A stretch of DNA of 64,000 bases, from assembly GCA_947589085.1 (NCBI GenBank), contig CANPZD010000001.1, positions 208,583 to 272,582 of the forward strand, written 5' to 3'. Both the position numbers and the translations under genes were made by a program. This document shows, piece after piece, positions 1-8,507 of the stretch; the first letter of the stretch is position 1, and each line of letters starts with the position of its first letter. This DNA comes from an uncultured Clostridia bacterium. Its GTDB lineage: Bacteria; Bacillota; Clostridia; Christensenellales; Borkfalkiaceae. Below the pieces are notes generated by a model. It saw only the letters and a list, made by a program, of their open reading frames with translations. It was not told where the DNA came from and searched no databases.

Positions 1-171
1 ATCAAAGTGACGGATGAACGCCTTCTCGACGAAACAGGAGGCATTGTTCAGGGGATGAGCGGAAGTCCCATCGTGCAAAACGGGAAGCTGATCGGCGCGG
101 TGACGCACGTATTTTTGAACGACCCCACGCGCGGATACGGCATCGGGATCGAGCATATGATTGCGGATTAA
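1..171 (+). CDS. spoIVB: SpoIVB peptidase (S55 family), C-terminal 56 codons; 5' end lies outside the window
   Basis: Frame 1 is open from base 1 to TAA at 169-171. The translation ...[44 protein letters not shown] carries the GMSGSP catalytic-serine motif typical of SpoIVB. Confidence 0.75.
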   Translation: MKVTDERLLDETGGIVQGMSGSPIVQNGKLIGAVTHVFLNDPTRGYGIGIEHMIAD

Positions 172-191
172 GGCGAATCTTATCGAATTTC

Positions 192-222
192 GGTTCATAT
201 CATGAGATATGAACCTTTTCTT
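192..222 (+). terminator. Terminator-like hairpin after spoIVB; its 3' arm contains the ATG of the next ORF
   Basis: GGTTCATAT (192-200) / ATATGAACC (207-215), 6-nt loop, followed by CTTTTCTTTCT. Confidence 0.45.
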
Positions 223-805
223 TCTCAAAGATTGCTTTTCGCGCGTATGTTGCAGAAAACGCACGCTTATCATTCTCGGCGCAGTGTTTCTTGCGGGAAT
301 GATTTTGGGGATCTGCTTTGTCAAAACGCCCGCCTTTTACGAATTTCATCTCAATCAATGCGACAGATACCTCACCCGCGTCTGCTATTCGGAAAGGAGC
401 GTGTTTGTCATCTTTCTCGAACGCACGGCCGGCTGCGCCGTGCTTCTTGCCGTAACTTTGATTTGCGGCATGCACTTTGTGGGGTTGGCCGTGCCCGTCG
501 CCGTGATTCTGTATCGTTCCTATACGTTCGGCGGTCAGATCGCGATTTTGTTCGGCGTTTACGGCGTTTCGGGCGCTCTGGTCGCGTTGGTCCTTTATCT
601 TCCGATCCACCTGTTGACCGACGCGCTGCTGCTGTTCGGCGCTGTGCTTTCATTCGACCGCTGCAGAAGATTTCATTTCGGCAAGCATGATTTCTGCGAA
701 CTCGCGCTGGATTTTGCGGCGCTGCTTCTGCTTGCCGCGGCGGTATGCCTTTTCGAAATGATCTTGCTGCTTGCCATATTTCACCCGCTCGGAAATGTGT
801 TGTGA
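209..805 (+). CDS. Integral membrane protein, function unknown (possibly SpoIIM-like, not verified)
   Basis: 198-aa ORF with about 5 hydrophobic segments (LIILGAVFLAGMILGICFV, AVLLAVTLICGMHFVGLAVPVAVIL, etc.), in a sporulation/cell-wall neighbourhood. I recognise no diagnostic motif. Confidence 0.5.
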   Translation: MNLFFLKDCFSRVCCRKRTLIILGAVFLAGMILGICFVKTPAFYEFHLNQCDRYLTRVCYSERSVFVIFLERTAGCAVLLAVTLICGMHFVGLAVPVAVILYRSYTFGGQIAILFGVYGVSGALVALVLYLPIHLLTDALLLFGAVLSFDRCRRFHFGKHDFCELALDFAALLLLAAAVCLFEMILLLAIFHPLGNVL

Positions 806-841
806 GCGCGTAAAATCCCGCAAACGGCGCAAACTGATGGT

Positions 842-1999
842 ATGAAAAAATTATTATGCTTTTCTCTTGCCGCGATCGCGGCGGGTTCGATGATGGTTCC
901 GGCGGGAAAAATTACCGCCAAAGCGGAAGAGGTCCTTTCGCCGGCCTGTAAGGCGGCTTACCTCTGCGATGATACCACGGGAACAAAGGTCTACTCCAAA
1001 GAGGAGACCAAACAGCTTCCCATCGCGAGCATGTGCAAGATCATGACGCTGCTCCTTTCCTTTGAAGCCGTTGAAAGCGGCGAACTTGCGTACGACGAGA
1101 TGATCACCGTGAGCGAAAACGCTTCCGGAATGGGCGGTTCGCAGGTGTTTTTGGATGCGGGTCTTTCCTATTCGGCGGAACAGCTCATGAAAACGGTGGC
1201 GGTCTGTTCGGCCAACGATTCCTGCGTGGCGCTCGCCGAGCGGATCGCCGGCAGCGAAGCGGGCTTCGTCGCACGGATGAATGAGCGGGCGAAAGAACTC
1301 GGGGCGGAAAACACGCTCTTTGCAAATTGTACGGGATTGCCCAAAGAGCCGCAGTATTCCTGCGCAAAGGACGTTGCGCTCATGCTTCGCGCGATGATCT
1401 CCCACAAAAAATACTTTGAATTCTCCAAGATCTGGCTGGAAGATTTTGCGCATCCTGACGGCCGTACGACTTCGATCACCAATACGAACAAACTGATCCG
1501 AAGCTATGACGGCTGCGACGGCGGCAAAACGGGATTTACGAGCGAGGCGGGATTCTGCTTGGCGGCAACGGCAAAAAGGGGAGATACGCGGCTCATTTCC
1601 GTCGTGATCGGAGCAGATAACTCCAAATCGCGCTTTGCCGGCATCACGTCCATGTTCGATTATGCATTCAACTGTTATGAAACGCGCGCGATTCTGGAAG
1701 CGGGCAAAGAGCTGGAAGAACGGGCGACGGTCTCCGGAAGCCGGGTTAAGGACGTCTCCGTCGTTGCGGAGCATCCGCTCTGCGCCTTCACGAGACGCGG
1801 CGAAAAGGGAGACTTTCAGGTATCCGTCGATCTTCGATCCGACCTTCGCGCGCCGCTTGCAAAGGGCGATGAAGTGGGGAGCGCGTCGCTGTATCTCAAC
1901 GGCGTCGAAGTGTGCGTCACCCGCTTGCTTGCCAATGAGGACGCGCCTCGGATGACGTGGTTTGACGCCCTTCGCGAAACCGTACGGCAGTGGCAATGA
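842..1999 (+). CDS. D-alanyl-D-alanine carboxypeptidase (PBP5/S11 family) with signal peptide
   Basis: SxxK (SMCKIMT), SxN (SANDS) and KTG (KTGFT) motifs; N-terminal signal-like MKKLLCFSLAAIAAGSMM. Confidence 0.9.
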   Translation: MKKLLCFSLAAIAAGSMMVPAGKITAKAEEVLSPACKAAYLCDDTTGTKVYSKEETKQLPIASMCKIMTLLLSFEAVESGELAYDEMITVSENASGMGGSQVFLDAGLSYSAEQLMKTVAVCSANDSCVALAERIAGSEAGFVARMNERAKELGAENTLFANCTGLPKEPQYSCAKDVALMLRAMISHKKYFEFSKIWLEDFAHPDGRTTSITNTNKLIRSYDGCDGGKTGFTSEAGFCLAATAKRGDTRLISVVIGADNSKSRFAGITSMFDYAFNCYETRAILEAGKELEERATVSGSRVKDVSVVAEHPLCAFTRRGEKGDFQVSVDLRSDLRAPLAKGDEVGSASLYLNGVEVCVTRLLANEDAPRMTWFDALRETVRQWQ

Positions 2000-2072
2000 A
2001 GATATAATTCAATTTGCAAAGTAATATGCGTGACATAATTCGTGATTTCGAAAAGATGTCGCGCATTTTTTA

Positions 2073-2102
2073 TTGACCGAAACGCAGATTTTTTGATATA
2101 AT
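2073..2102 (+). promoter_or_regulatory. SigA-type promoter abutting the lysA start codon
   Basis: TTGACC (2073-2078), 18-nt spacer, TATAAT (2097-2102). The A of ATG 2110 lies 8 nt after the -10. Confidence 0.55.
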
Positions 2103-2109
2103 CATGCGT

Positions 2110-3435
2110 ATGAATACGCGAGAAACTCTGAAAATCAACGCAAAGGGACATCTTGAGATCGGCGGAGCCGATTGCACCGAGCTTGCCGCGCGGTTCGGCA
2201 CGCCGCTGTATGTGTTCGACGAAAAACATATCAGGAACATGATCGCGGTATATCGCGATACGCTCAGAGAGGAATATGAGGGAAACGGCCTCATTCTCTA
2301 TGCTTCCAAGGCATTTTGCTGCGAGGCGATGCATACGATCGCCAAGCAGGAAGGCATCGGCATAGACGTTGTATCGGGCGGAGAGCTGTATACGGCCCGG
2401 AAAGCGGGGTTTCCGCCGCAAAAAATTTATATGCACGGCAACAACAAATTGCCGCATGAGATCCGGGAAGGAGTGGATGCGGGGATCGGTTGTTTTGTCG
2501 TAGACGCGAAAATCGAAGCGGACCGCATCGAGGCGGAGGCAGCGGCGCGCGGCCGCGTGCAAAATGTGCTTCTCCGGGTCAATCCCGGGGTGGAGGCGCA
2601 CACGCACGCATATGTTCAGACTGCAGCGCCGGACAGTAAATTCGGCTTTTCTGTCGCCGGGGGCGCGGCCGAGGAGATGACAAAGTATCTTCTTACGAAA
2701 AAGCATCTGCGTCTGCGCGGGTTCCACTGCCATATCGGTTCGCAGATTTTCGAAAAGAAATCCTTTGTTCTGGCCGCGGAAAAGATGCTGAAATTCATGG
2801 CCGACATGAAGAAAAAGCTCGGATTCGAGGCCGAAGAATTGAATCTCGGCGGGGGATTCGGAATCTGGTATAGCGCGGAGGACAGAAAGATCCCCGCGGC
2901 AGGCTACCGTGAAGACATCGCCGCGCTTCTTGCCACCGTAAAATCCGGCTGCGCGGAATACGGACTCAAACGGCCGTTTTTGCTGCTTGAACCGGGCCGA
3001 TCGATCGTCGGGGAAGCCGGGATTACGCTGTACACCGTCGGAGCGATCAAGGAGATCCCCGGGATCCGGAAGTATCTCGCGGTAGACGGCGGAATGTTCG
3101 AGAATCCGCGTTTTTGTCTGTATCAATCGAAATACACGGCAATTCTGGCGAACCGCGCCGGAGAAACGCCGACCGAGCCGGTGGCGATCGCCGGGAAATG
3201 CTGTGAGAGCGGGGATCTGATCGGCGTCAATCTGCTTCTTCCCAAAGCGGAACCGGGCGATCTTCTTGCGGTGCTCTCGACGGGCGCGTACAACTATTCG
3301 ATGGCCTCCAACTATAACCGCAATCCGATCCCGCCCGCGGTGCTCGTGAGAGACGGACAAGCGGAATATATTGTCCGGCCGCAATCCTACGAGGACCTTG
3401 TGCGAAACGACGCCGTGCCGGAATTTTTGAAGTGA
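2110..3435 (+). CDS. lysA: Diaminopimelate decarboxylase
   Basis: HLEIGGADCTELAARFGTPLYVFDE N-terminus and a fold-type III PLP decarboxylase pattern throughout. The ORF track starts at ATG 2104; I prefer ATG 2110 because 2104 is only 2 nt from the -10 box. Confidence 0.92.
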   Translation: MNTRETLKINAKGHLEIGGADCTELAARFGTPLYVFDEKHIRNMIAVYRDTLREEYEGNGLILYASKAFCCEAMHTIAKQEGIGIDVVSGGELYTARKAGFPPQKIYMHGNNKLPHEIREGVDAGIGCFVVDAKIEADRIEAEAAARGRVQNVLLRVNPGVEAHTHAYVQTAAPDSKFGFSVAGGAAEEMTKYLLTKKHLRLRGFHCHIGSQIFEKKSFVLAAEKMLKFMADMKKKLGFEAEELNLGGGFGIWYSAEDRKIPAAGYREDIAALLATVKSGCAEYGLKRPFLLLEPGRSIVGEAGITLYTVGAIKEIPGIRKYLAVDGGMFENPRFCLYQSKYTAILANRAGETPTEPVAIAGKCCESGDLIGVNLLLPKAEPGDLLAVLSTGAYNYSMASNYNRNPIPPAVLVRDGQAEYIVRPQSYEDLVRNDAVPEFLK

Positions 3436-3478
3436 CCTGAACCCCGTCTGCGGCAAACGAACACAATATGTTGATCCC

Positions 3479-3514
3479 AAAAGCGGAATTTTTTCAAAAT
3501 ATCCGCTTTTCTCT
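3479..3514 (+). terminator. Intrinsic terminator of lysA
   Basis: AAAAGCGGA (3479-3487) / TCCGCTTTT (3502-3510), followed by T-rich sequence. Confidence 0.7.
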
Positions 3515-3542
3515 TGCTATTTTTCCATCTTTGTATTATAAT
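3515..3542 (+). promoter_or_regulatory. SigA-type promoter abutting the M50-family gene start
   Basis: TTGCTA (3515-3520), 16-nt spacer, TATAAT (3537-3542). ATG 3552 is 10 nt after the -10, with no SD. Confidence 0.5.
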
Positions 3543-3551
3543 GGATTTTGT

Positions 3552-4238
3552 ATGGCGGACTATATCATAGAACTGCTTGCGGGGCTGATCGCGGTTACGG
3601 TCGTTCTGACGCTGCACGAATTTGCGCATGCATACGTTGCCTACAAGTGCGGGGACCCGACGCCGAAATGGAATAAGCGGCTCACGCTGAATCCGCTCAG
3701 GCACTTCGATCTTCTCGGTCTGATTTGCTTTGCTCTCGTCGGATTCGGCTGGGCGAAACCTGTGCCGATCGATCCTTCCAATTTCAAAAAGTACCGTCTC
3801 GGCCTCGGACTTACGGCAGGGGCGGGGATCGTCGCGAATTATATTTTCGCGTTTTTGATTTATCCGCTTGTACTTGTCGTGCTCATATACATGCCCGAGA
3901 TCGTATTCCTGAAATTGTTCTTGTACGATCTCGTCTATCTGCTTTTCGTACGCAGTCTGAGCTTTTGCGTTTTCAACTTGCTGCCGCTCTATCCGCTGGA
4001 CGGATTCCGCATTGTAGACGCAGTCAATCGCCGCAGGGGGAAGGTGTACCGTTTCCTGCGCAATTACGGGCAATGGATCCTGTTGGGACTGATAGCGGAA
4101 AGCTACATTTGCCAAATCTTCATACGTTTCGGCGTATGGCAAATGACGTGGTTCGATATTTTAGGCTGGGTCATGAAATTTGCAACCGATATCTTCGGAT
4201 ATCCGATTTCTGCGCTCTGGGGGTTATTGCCGTGGTAG
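3552..4238 (+). CDS. Site-2 protease (M50) family membrane metalloprotease
   Basis: HEFAHAYVAYKCGDPT (HExxH) inside a TM segment and a second-site LLPLYPLDG. Start chosen at ATG 3552 because the track start at 3468 overlaps the lysA terminator. Confidence 0.8.
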   Translation: MADYIIELLAGLIAVTVVLTLHEFAHAYVAYKCGDPTPKWNKRLTLNPLRHFDLLGLICFALVGFGWAKPVPIDPSNFKKYRLGLGLTAGAGIVANYIFAFLIYPLVLVVLIYMPEIVFLKLFLYDLVYLLFVRSLSFCVFNLLPLYPLDGFRIVDAVNRRRGKVYRFLRNYGQWILLGLIAESYICQIFIRFGVWQMTWFDILGWVMKFATDIFGYPISALWGLLPW

Positions 4239-5026
4239 ATCGCGATACATTGGAATACGACGTCGACTATACGACGGTGCTATCGAATTTCGAAGGGCCG
4301 CTCGATCTGCTGCTCGAACTCATCAAGCGCGAAGAGATCGAGATCAAGGATATCTTCGTCTCTCAGGTCACGGAGCAGTTTCTTGATTATATGAAGGGGC
4401 TTCCCTATCTCGACGTGGACAAGATCACGGAATATCTCGATATCGCGGCGACGATCATCAAGATCAAGGCGCAGGCGCTGGTGCCGAATCTCGAGGAGGA
4501 TCCCGAGCTGGAACAGGAGATCGAGGACGACAAGGCCGAACTGATCCGCGCGCTCGAGGAGTATAAACTCATCAAAGAGGAGATGCAGAAGCTCAAAGAG
4601 CTTGAAACGGTCGGATATTACTTCAAGGAACCGGACAAGGAAGTCGGCGAGACGCGAACGGTATTTTCGCTGGACAATCTCACGCGGGACGGCCTGGTTG
4701 CCGCATTTTCCGCGCTCATGATCCGGCGGGAGAAAGAACTTGTCGAGGAAGATTTCCGCGAGATCCCGCGCGACGAGTTCACCGTTTCGCAGAAGATTTC
4801 GTTTATCCTCGAGGTGTTCGAAACGGCGAAGGAAGTGCGTTTCGAAGAGCTTTTTACCAAAGATTTTACAAAATCGGAAATTGTAACGACGTTTCAGGCG
4901 CTTTTGGAGCTTTTGAAACACCAGTTCCTGCGGGTAAGACAGGAAGTTGCATTCGGGCAGATCTATATTACTTATAACCCCGAAGCGAAGGAGGAAACTC
5001 TTGGAGAAATTGACGAATATAATTGA
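4232..5026 (+). CDS. scpA: Segregation and condensation protein A
   Basis: FEGPLDLLLELIKREEIEIKDIFVSQVTEQFLDYM is a typical ScpA N-terminus. Start is GTG 4232 or TTG 4250; the long upstream extension on the track overlaps the previous gene. Confidence 0.85.
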   Translation: MVDRDTLEYDVDYTTVLSNFEGPLDLLLELIKREEIEIKDIFVSQVTEQFLDYMKGLPYLDVDKITEYLDIAATIIKIKAQALVPNLEEDPELEQEIEDDKAELIRALEEYKLIKEEMQKLKELETVGYYFKEPDKEVGETRTVFSLDNLTRDGLVAAFSALMIRREKELVEEDFREIPRDEFTVSQKISFILEVFETAKEVRFEELFTKDFTKSEIVTTFQALLELLKHQFLRVRQEVAFGQIYITYNPEAKEETLGEIDEYN

Positions 5027-5735
5027 AGCGATCCTGTTTGCGTCGGGCAAGGGCATCGCGATTTCGGATATTGCGGATAAACTCGGCGTTACCGAGGGCG
5101 CCGTCAAGAAATCGCTTCATGAAATTGCGGAGCGCTTTTCGGGCGATTCCGGGATCCAACTTCTCGAATTCAATAAAAAGGCGCAGCTGGCTTCCAATCC
5201 CGCCTATAAAGACGGGGTCGCGGCAGTTCTCAATCCGATCAGAGAAAAGGAACTCACGCGAACGATTCTGGAATGTGCGGCGATCATCGCGTACAAACAG
5301 CCGATCACGCGAACGGAGATCGAAATGCTTCGCGGCGTGAACAGCGATTACGGCGTGAATGCGCTTCTGGAACTCAAACTGATCTATCCGTGCGGAAGAA
5401 AGGATGCGATCGGGCATCCTGTGCTTTTCGGTACGACGGATGAATTTCTCAAACGATTCAAACTCAATTCCCTCGAAGATCTTCCCGATTACGACGAGCT
5501 CATGGCCGCGATCTCGCGGCCCGACGAAGCGCGCGACAGTTATCTGTACATGCGCGACGAGTGGGAAGCCATCGACGCGGAAGGCACGAGCACGCTCGGC
5601 AGCGAAAATTCCGAGGAGCCGCCCGCCGCGAAGCCGAAGAGGGCGGAAAAGCCGGAAGAAGTTGTGGAAGGCGGCTATGAGATCCCGGACTTTTTGAAAG
5701 GTCTCGACGATACCGACATCGTAAAAATTTCCTGA
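5001..5735 (+). CDS. scpB: Segregation and condensation protein B
   Basis: IIEAILFASGKGIAISDIADKLG...PITRTEIEMLRGVNSDYGV...GHPVLFGTT. TTG 5001 is preceded by GAAGGAGGA (4987-4995). Confidence 0.85.
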   Translation: MEKLTNIIEAILFASGKGIAISDIADKLGVTEGAVKKSLHEIAERFSGDSGIQLLEFNKKAQLASNPAYKDGVAAVLNPIREKELTRTILECAAIIAYKQPITRTEIEMLRGVNSDYGVNALLELKLIYPCGRKDAIGHPVLFGTTDEFLKRFKLNSLEDLPDYDELMAAISRPDEARDSYLYMRDEWEAIDAEGTSTLGSENSEEPPAAKPKRAEKPEEVVEGGYEIPDFLKGLDDTDIVKIS

Positions 5736-5766
5736 CCGGAAAGGCGGGATTACATAAAAAAATATC

Positions 5767-5800
5767 ATTCGTCCATATTACGGGTATGGACGAATTTTTC
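5767..5800 (+). terminator. Terminator-like hairpin after scpB; its 3' arm contains the ATG of the next ORF
   Basis: ATTCGTCCATA (5767-5777) / TATGGACGAAT (5785-5795), 7-nt loop, then TTTTTCATTT. Confidence 0.5.
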
Positions 5801-6367
5801 ATTTACGGAACATTTATCGGCGTATTTTTGTTATTTGTTCCGATTTTCGTCTATGTGGATACCTATGCGGACGTGCGGGGAAACAAGCTGTGGTTCTCGC
5901 TGAGCCTGTATAAATACTTCCGGATCTTCGGAGGTTACGGCGAACTGCGGCGCGAGGGGATCGCGGTGCATCTCACCAAAAAATTCGCGGCGGTTGTGCC
6001 GTACGAAAATCTGGCGAACACGCGGAAAAAGTTCGAGATCACAAAAGGATTTCAAATTTGGCGGTTTCATCAGGTGATCGAAACGGGCGGGGCGAACAGC
6101 GTTTATTCCGTCTTGCTCGCCGCGGCGATCCGTTCCGCAAGCGGAGCCGCGTTTTCCTTTGTGCGTACGCGGTATCCCTTTGTATCGTTGAAGAATAGCG
6201 CGTTATTTGCCGAAGAACCCTGTCTGAAACTTTCCACGCAAACGGCGTTTGTATTCAACAATCTGGTTCTTCTCGTAGCAATCACAAAAAAAATATTGGA
6301 GGCATTGATAAATTGGATAAGAAAAAGAAAATCGACGGCATCATGGAAAAAACTGCAGAGCAACTGA
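5786..6367 (+). CDS. Membrane-associated protein, YtfI-like (DUF2953) by position upstream of ytfJ/gerW
   Basis: 193-aa ORF with an N-terminal TM segment (FIYGTFIGVFLLFVPIFVYV). The family assignment rests on the operon partner and is from memory, not verified. Confidence 0.55.
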   Translation: MDEFFIYGTFIGVFLLFVPIFVYVDTYADVRGNKLWFSLSLYKYFRIFGGYGELRREGIAVHLTKKFAAVVPYENLANTRKKFEITKGFQIWRFHQVIETGGANSVYSVLLAAAIRSASGAAFSFVRTRYPFVSLKNSALFAEEPCLKLSTQTAFVFNNLVLLVAITKKILEALINWIRKRKSTASWKKLQSN

Positions 6368-6693
6368 CGGCGCTCGTAGACGTCAACACGGTCATCGGCA
6401 AGCCGGTGGTCTCCGCAAGCGGCGCGCAGATTATTCCCTTCACCAAAGTGACGATGGGGTATCTCTCGGGCGGCGGGGAGTACGGAGAAGTGAAGGCGAT
6501 CTCCGATGACGAATGTTTCCCGTTTGCGGGCGGCGCGGGAACCGTTGTCAACATCAAGCCTGCGGGATTTCTCATCGACGACGGAAAGGAATGCCGCGTC
6601 GTCAAGATCACGGACGACCCGATCGACGGACTCATCGAAAAGGCGGGCGAACTCGTCGAAAAGTTGGCAAAGCGCAATGAGGAGCAGGCTTAA
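6313..6693 (+). CDS. ytfJ: GerW/YtfJ family sporulation protein
   Basis: LVDVNTVIGKPVVSASGAQIIPFTKVTMGYLSGGGEYG...FAGGAGTVVNIKPAGFLI matches the GerW family pattern. TTG 6313 lies 10 nt after GGAGG (6298-6302). Confidence 0.8.
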   Translation: MDKKKKIDGIMEKTAEQLTALVDVNTVIGKPVVSASGAQIIPFTKVTMGYLSGGGEYGEVKAISDDECFPFAGGAGTVVNIKPAGFLIDDGKECRVVKITDDPIDGLIEKAGELVEKLAKRNEEQA

Positions 6694-7684
6694 ATTTCTC
6701 GGAGCGGGGCTGCTTGCTCTTCTGATCGGGATCGTTTGCTTCCGGGGCGCGTCCGGCGTTGTCGCGCAAGCCGCGACGGCGGGGCGGGGAGAATGCGTCG
6801 TCGAGGTCTCTTCCCGCCGTTTTTTGCATGCGTACGGCGCCGACGTCCGGCTTCCCATGGCGAGCACAACCAAGGTGCTTACCGCCATCATTCTCATTGA
6901 AGATTGCGATCCGGACGAGGTCGTGACCGTTCCGAAGCAGGCGGAAGGCGCGGAAGGCTCGAGCGTATATCTGCGCGCAGGCGATGAACTGACCGTGCGC
7001 GACCTGTTATACGGACTTATGCTTCGTTCGGGGAACGATTGCGCCGTGACGCTCGCCGTTCACCACAGCGGAAGCGTGGAAGCTTTTGCGCGGGTGATGA
7101 CGGCGCGCGCCGCCTCGATGGGCGCGGAGCACAGCTCGTTCCGAAACCCGCACGGGCTGCCCGACAAAGACCACTATACGACGGCGCGGGATCTTGCGCT
7201 GATTTCTGCGTACGCCATGGAAAACGAGACGTTCCGCGAGATCGTCTCCTGCAAATATTACGAGCCGCGCGGTTGGAAAAATAAAAATAAAATGCTTTGG
7301 GAATACGAGGGCGCGATCGGCGTGAAAACGGGTTATACGGTAGCGGCCGGGCGCTGTCTCGTCACAAGCGCGGAGCGGAACGGCATGCGGCTGGTTTCCG
7401 TGACCCTGAACTGCCCGCAGATGTACGAGCGCACGGCGGAGCTGCTCGACGGCGCCTTTGAATCGTATCAGATGATCCCGCTCTGCGACGCCGCCGCGGG
7501 TTGGGAAGGGTTTGCCATTCGTTCCGGATTTGCATATCCGCTGAAAAAAACAGAATTGCGGGGGTTGCGTTTTGCAACCGAAACCGTGGAGCCGCTTCCC
7601 GAACATGCGGGAGAGTTCGCCGGAAAAATGGAGATCTACCTCGAAAACAGCTTGATTTTTTCGCAGAATTTGTATATGATGTAA
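6677..7684 (+). CDS. dacB: D-alanyl-D-alanine carboxypeptidase (S11), second paralog
   Basis: SxxK (ASTTKVLT), SxN (SGNDC) and KTG (KTGYT). Start at ATG 6677 (MRSRLKFLGAGLLALLIG); position after scpAB as in Bacillus. Confidence 0.85.
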   Translation: MRSRLKFLGAGLLALLIGIVCFRGASGVVAQAATAGRGECVVEVSSRRFLHAYGADVRLPMASTTKVLTAIILIEDCDPDEVVTVPKQAEGAEGSSVYLRAGDELTVRDLLYGLMLRSGNDCAVTLAVHHSGSVEAFARVMTARAASMGAEHSSFRNPHGLPDKDHYTTARDLALISAYAMENETFREIVSCKYYEPRGWKNKNKMLWEYEGAIGVKTGYTVAAGRCLVTSAERNGMRLVSVTLNCPQMYERTAELLDGAFESYQMIPLCDAAAGWEGFAIRSGFAYPLKKTELRGLRFATETVEPLPEHAGEFAGKMEIYLENSLIFSQNLYMM

Positions 7685-7721
7685 CGGAATAGAAAGGAGC
7701 GCGGGAATTCCCGCAACAAAA

Positions 7722-8435
7722 ATGCGCATCAACAAATTTCTTGCGGAGCAGGGCGTTGCGTCGCGGCGCGGCGCCGACGAAGTCATCGCGGAAGGCAGGG
7801 TCTCGATCAACGGAAAACGGGCGAATCCCGGCGACAACGTAGAGGAAACGGATACCGTCATGCTGGACGGTAAGATTTTATCGCATAAAGTCAAATACGA
7901 ATATTACCTTCTCAATAAGCCGAAGGGATGCGTATGCACGGTGCAGGACGAAAAGACGGATACGCCCCGCAAAACGGTCATGGATTTTCTTCCGGCAGGC
8001 GCGGGAAGAGTGTTCCCCGTCGGCCGCCTCGATTATGACACCGAGGGCCTGTTGATCCTCACCAACGACGGCGACCTTGCGTACCGTTTGACTTCGCCCC
8101 AAAACGAGATCCCCAAGACGTATCTCGTTCGCGTGGAGGGCGCCGTAACGCCCGTCCAGCTCAATCAGCTTCGGGCGGGCGTGGAGATCGAGAAGGGCGT
8201 GATCACCGGGAAATGCAGGGTCAACGTTGTGGAAACGGATAAAAAATACACAAAGCTGCATGTCGTGTTGACGGAGGGAAAAAACCGCGAGATCCGCAGA
8301 ATGTTCGAAGCCGTGGGGAAAGAAGTGAAGTTCTTAAAGCGGATCAAGATCGGTGAACTGGGCCTCACGGGGCTTGACCGCGGCGCCGTCAGAAAACTCT
8401 CCCGGGAAGAAATTTACTATTTGAAAAATCTTTGA
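7722..8435 (+). CDS. rluB: Pseudouridine synthase (RsuA/RluB family)
   Basis: S4 domain MRINKFLAEQGVASRRGADEVI and catalytic VGRLDYDTEGLLILTNDG. Confidence 0.9.
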   Translation: MRINKFLAEQGVASRRGADEVIAEGRVSINGKRANPGDNVEETDTVMLDGKILSHKVKYEYYLLNKPKGCVCTVQDEKTDTPRKTVMDFLPAGAGRVFPVGRLDYDTEGLLILTNDGDLAYRLTSPQNEIPKTYLVRVEGAVTPVQLNQLRAGVEIEKGVITGKCRVNVVETDKKYTKLHVVLTEGKNREIRRMFEAVGKEVKFLKRIKIGELGLTGLDRGAVRKLSREEIYYLKNL

Positions 8436-8438
8436 TCG

Positions 8439-8471
8439 GAAAAGCCGCGCCCGTTCGGGCGCGGCTTTCGA
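8439..8471. terminator. Bidirectional intrinsic terminator between convergent rluB and lexA
   Basis: AAGCCGCGCCC (8442-8452) / GGGCGCGGCTT (8457-8467), loop GTTC, with A-run and T-run flanks. Confidence 0.75.
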
Positions 8472-8507
8472 TTATGATTCCGTCTGATATCAAAGGATCG
8501 TTTCTCG

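Noticed and set aside
2000-2109. An L-box (lysine) riboswitch upstream of lysA.
   Set aside because: The promoter -10 ends 8 nt before the start codon, and the upstream 100 bp is short and AT-rich without the multi-stem structure. There is no room for a roughly 180-nt aptamer.
854-3480. Long antisense ORFs (854-1996 on -, 1816-3480 on -) opposite dac and lysA.
   Set aside because: They mirror well-supported genes and are Arg/Pro/Gly-rich, as expected for the reverse frames of GC-rich coding DNA. They have no motifs, SD or promoter. The same applies to 10671-12086 +, 26036-28795 +, 37849-38994 +, 54405-56738 +, 61722-63188 + and the many 60-300-aa ORFs nested in glg, polA, dnaE and the giant gene.
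3468-5026. Extended N-termini suggested by the ORF track (3468 for the M50 gene, 3725 for scpA, 4947 for scpB, 50126 for the methyltransferase, 56729 for nrdD, 63260 for dnaE, and others).
   Set aside because: The extensions overlap upstream genes or terminators and lack SD sequences. Internal starts with an SD or promoter, and family-typical N-termini, were preferred.
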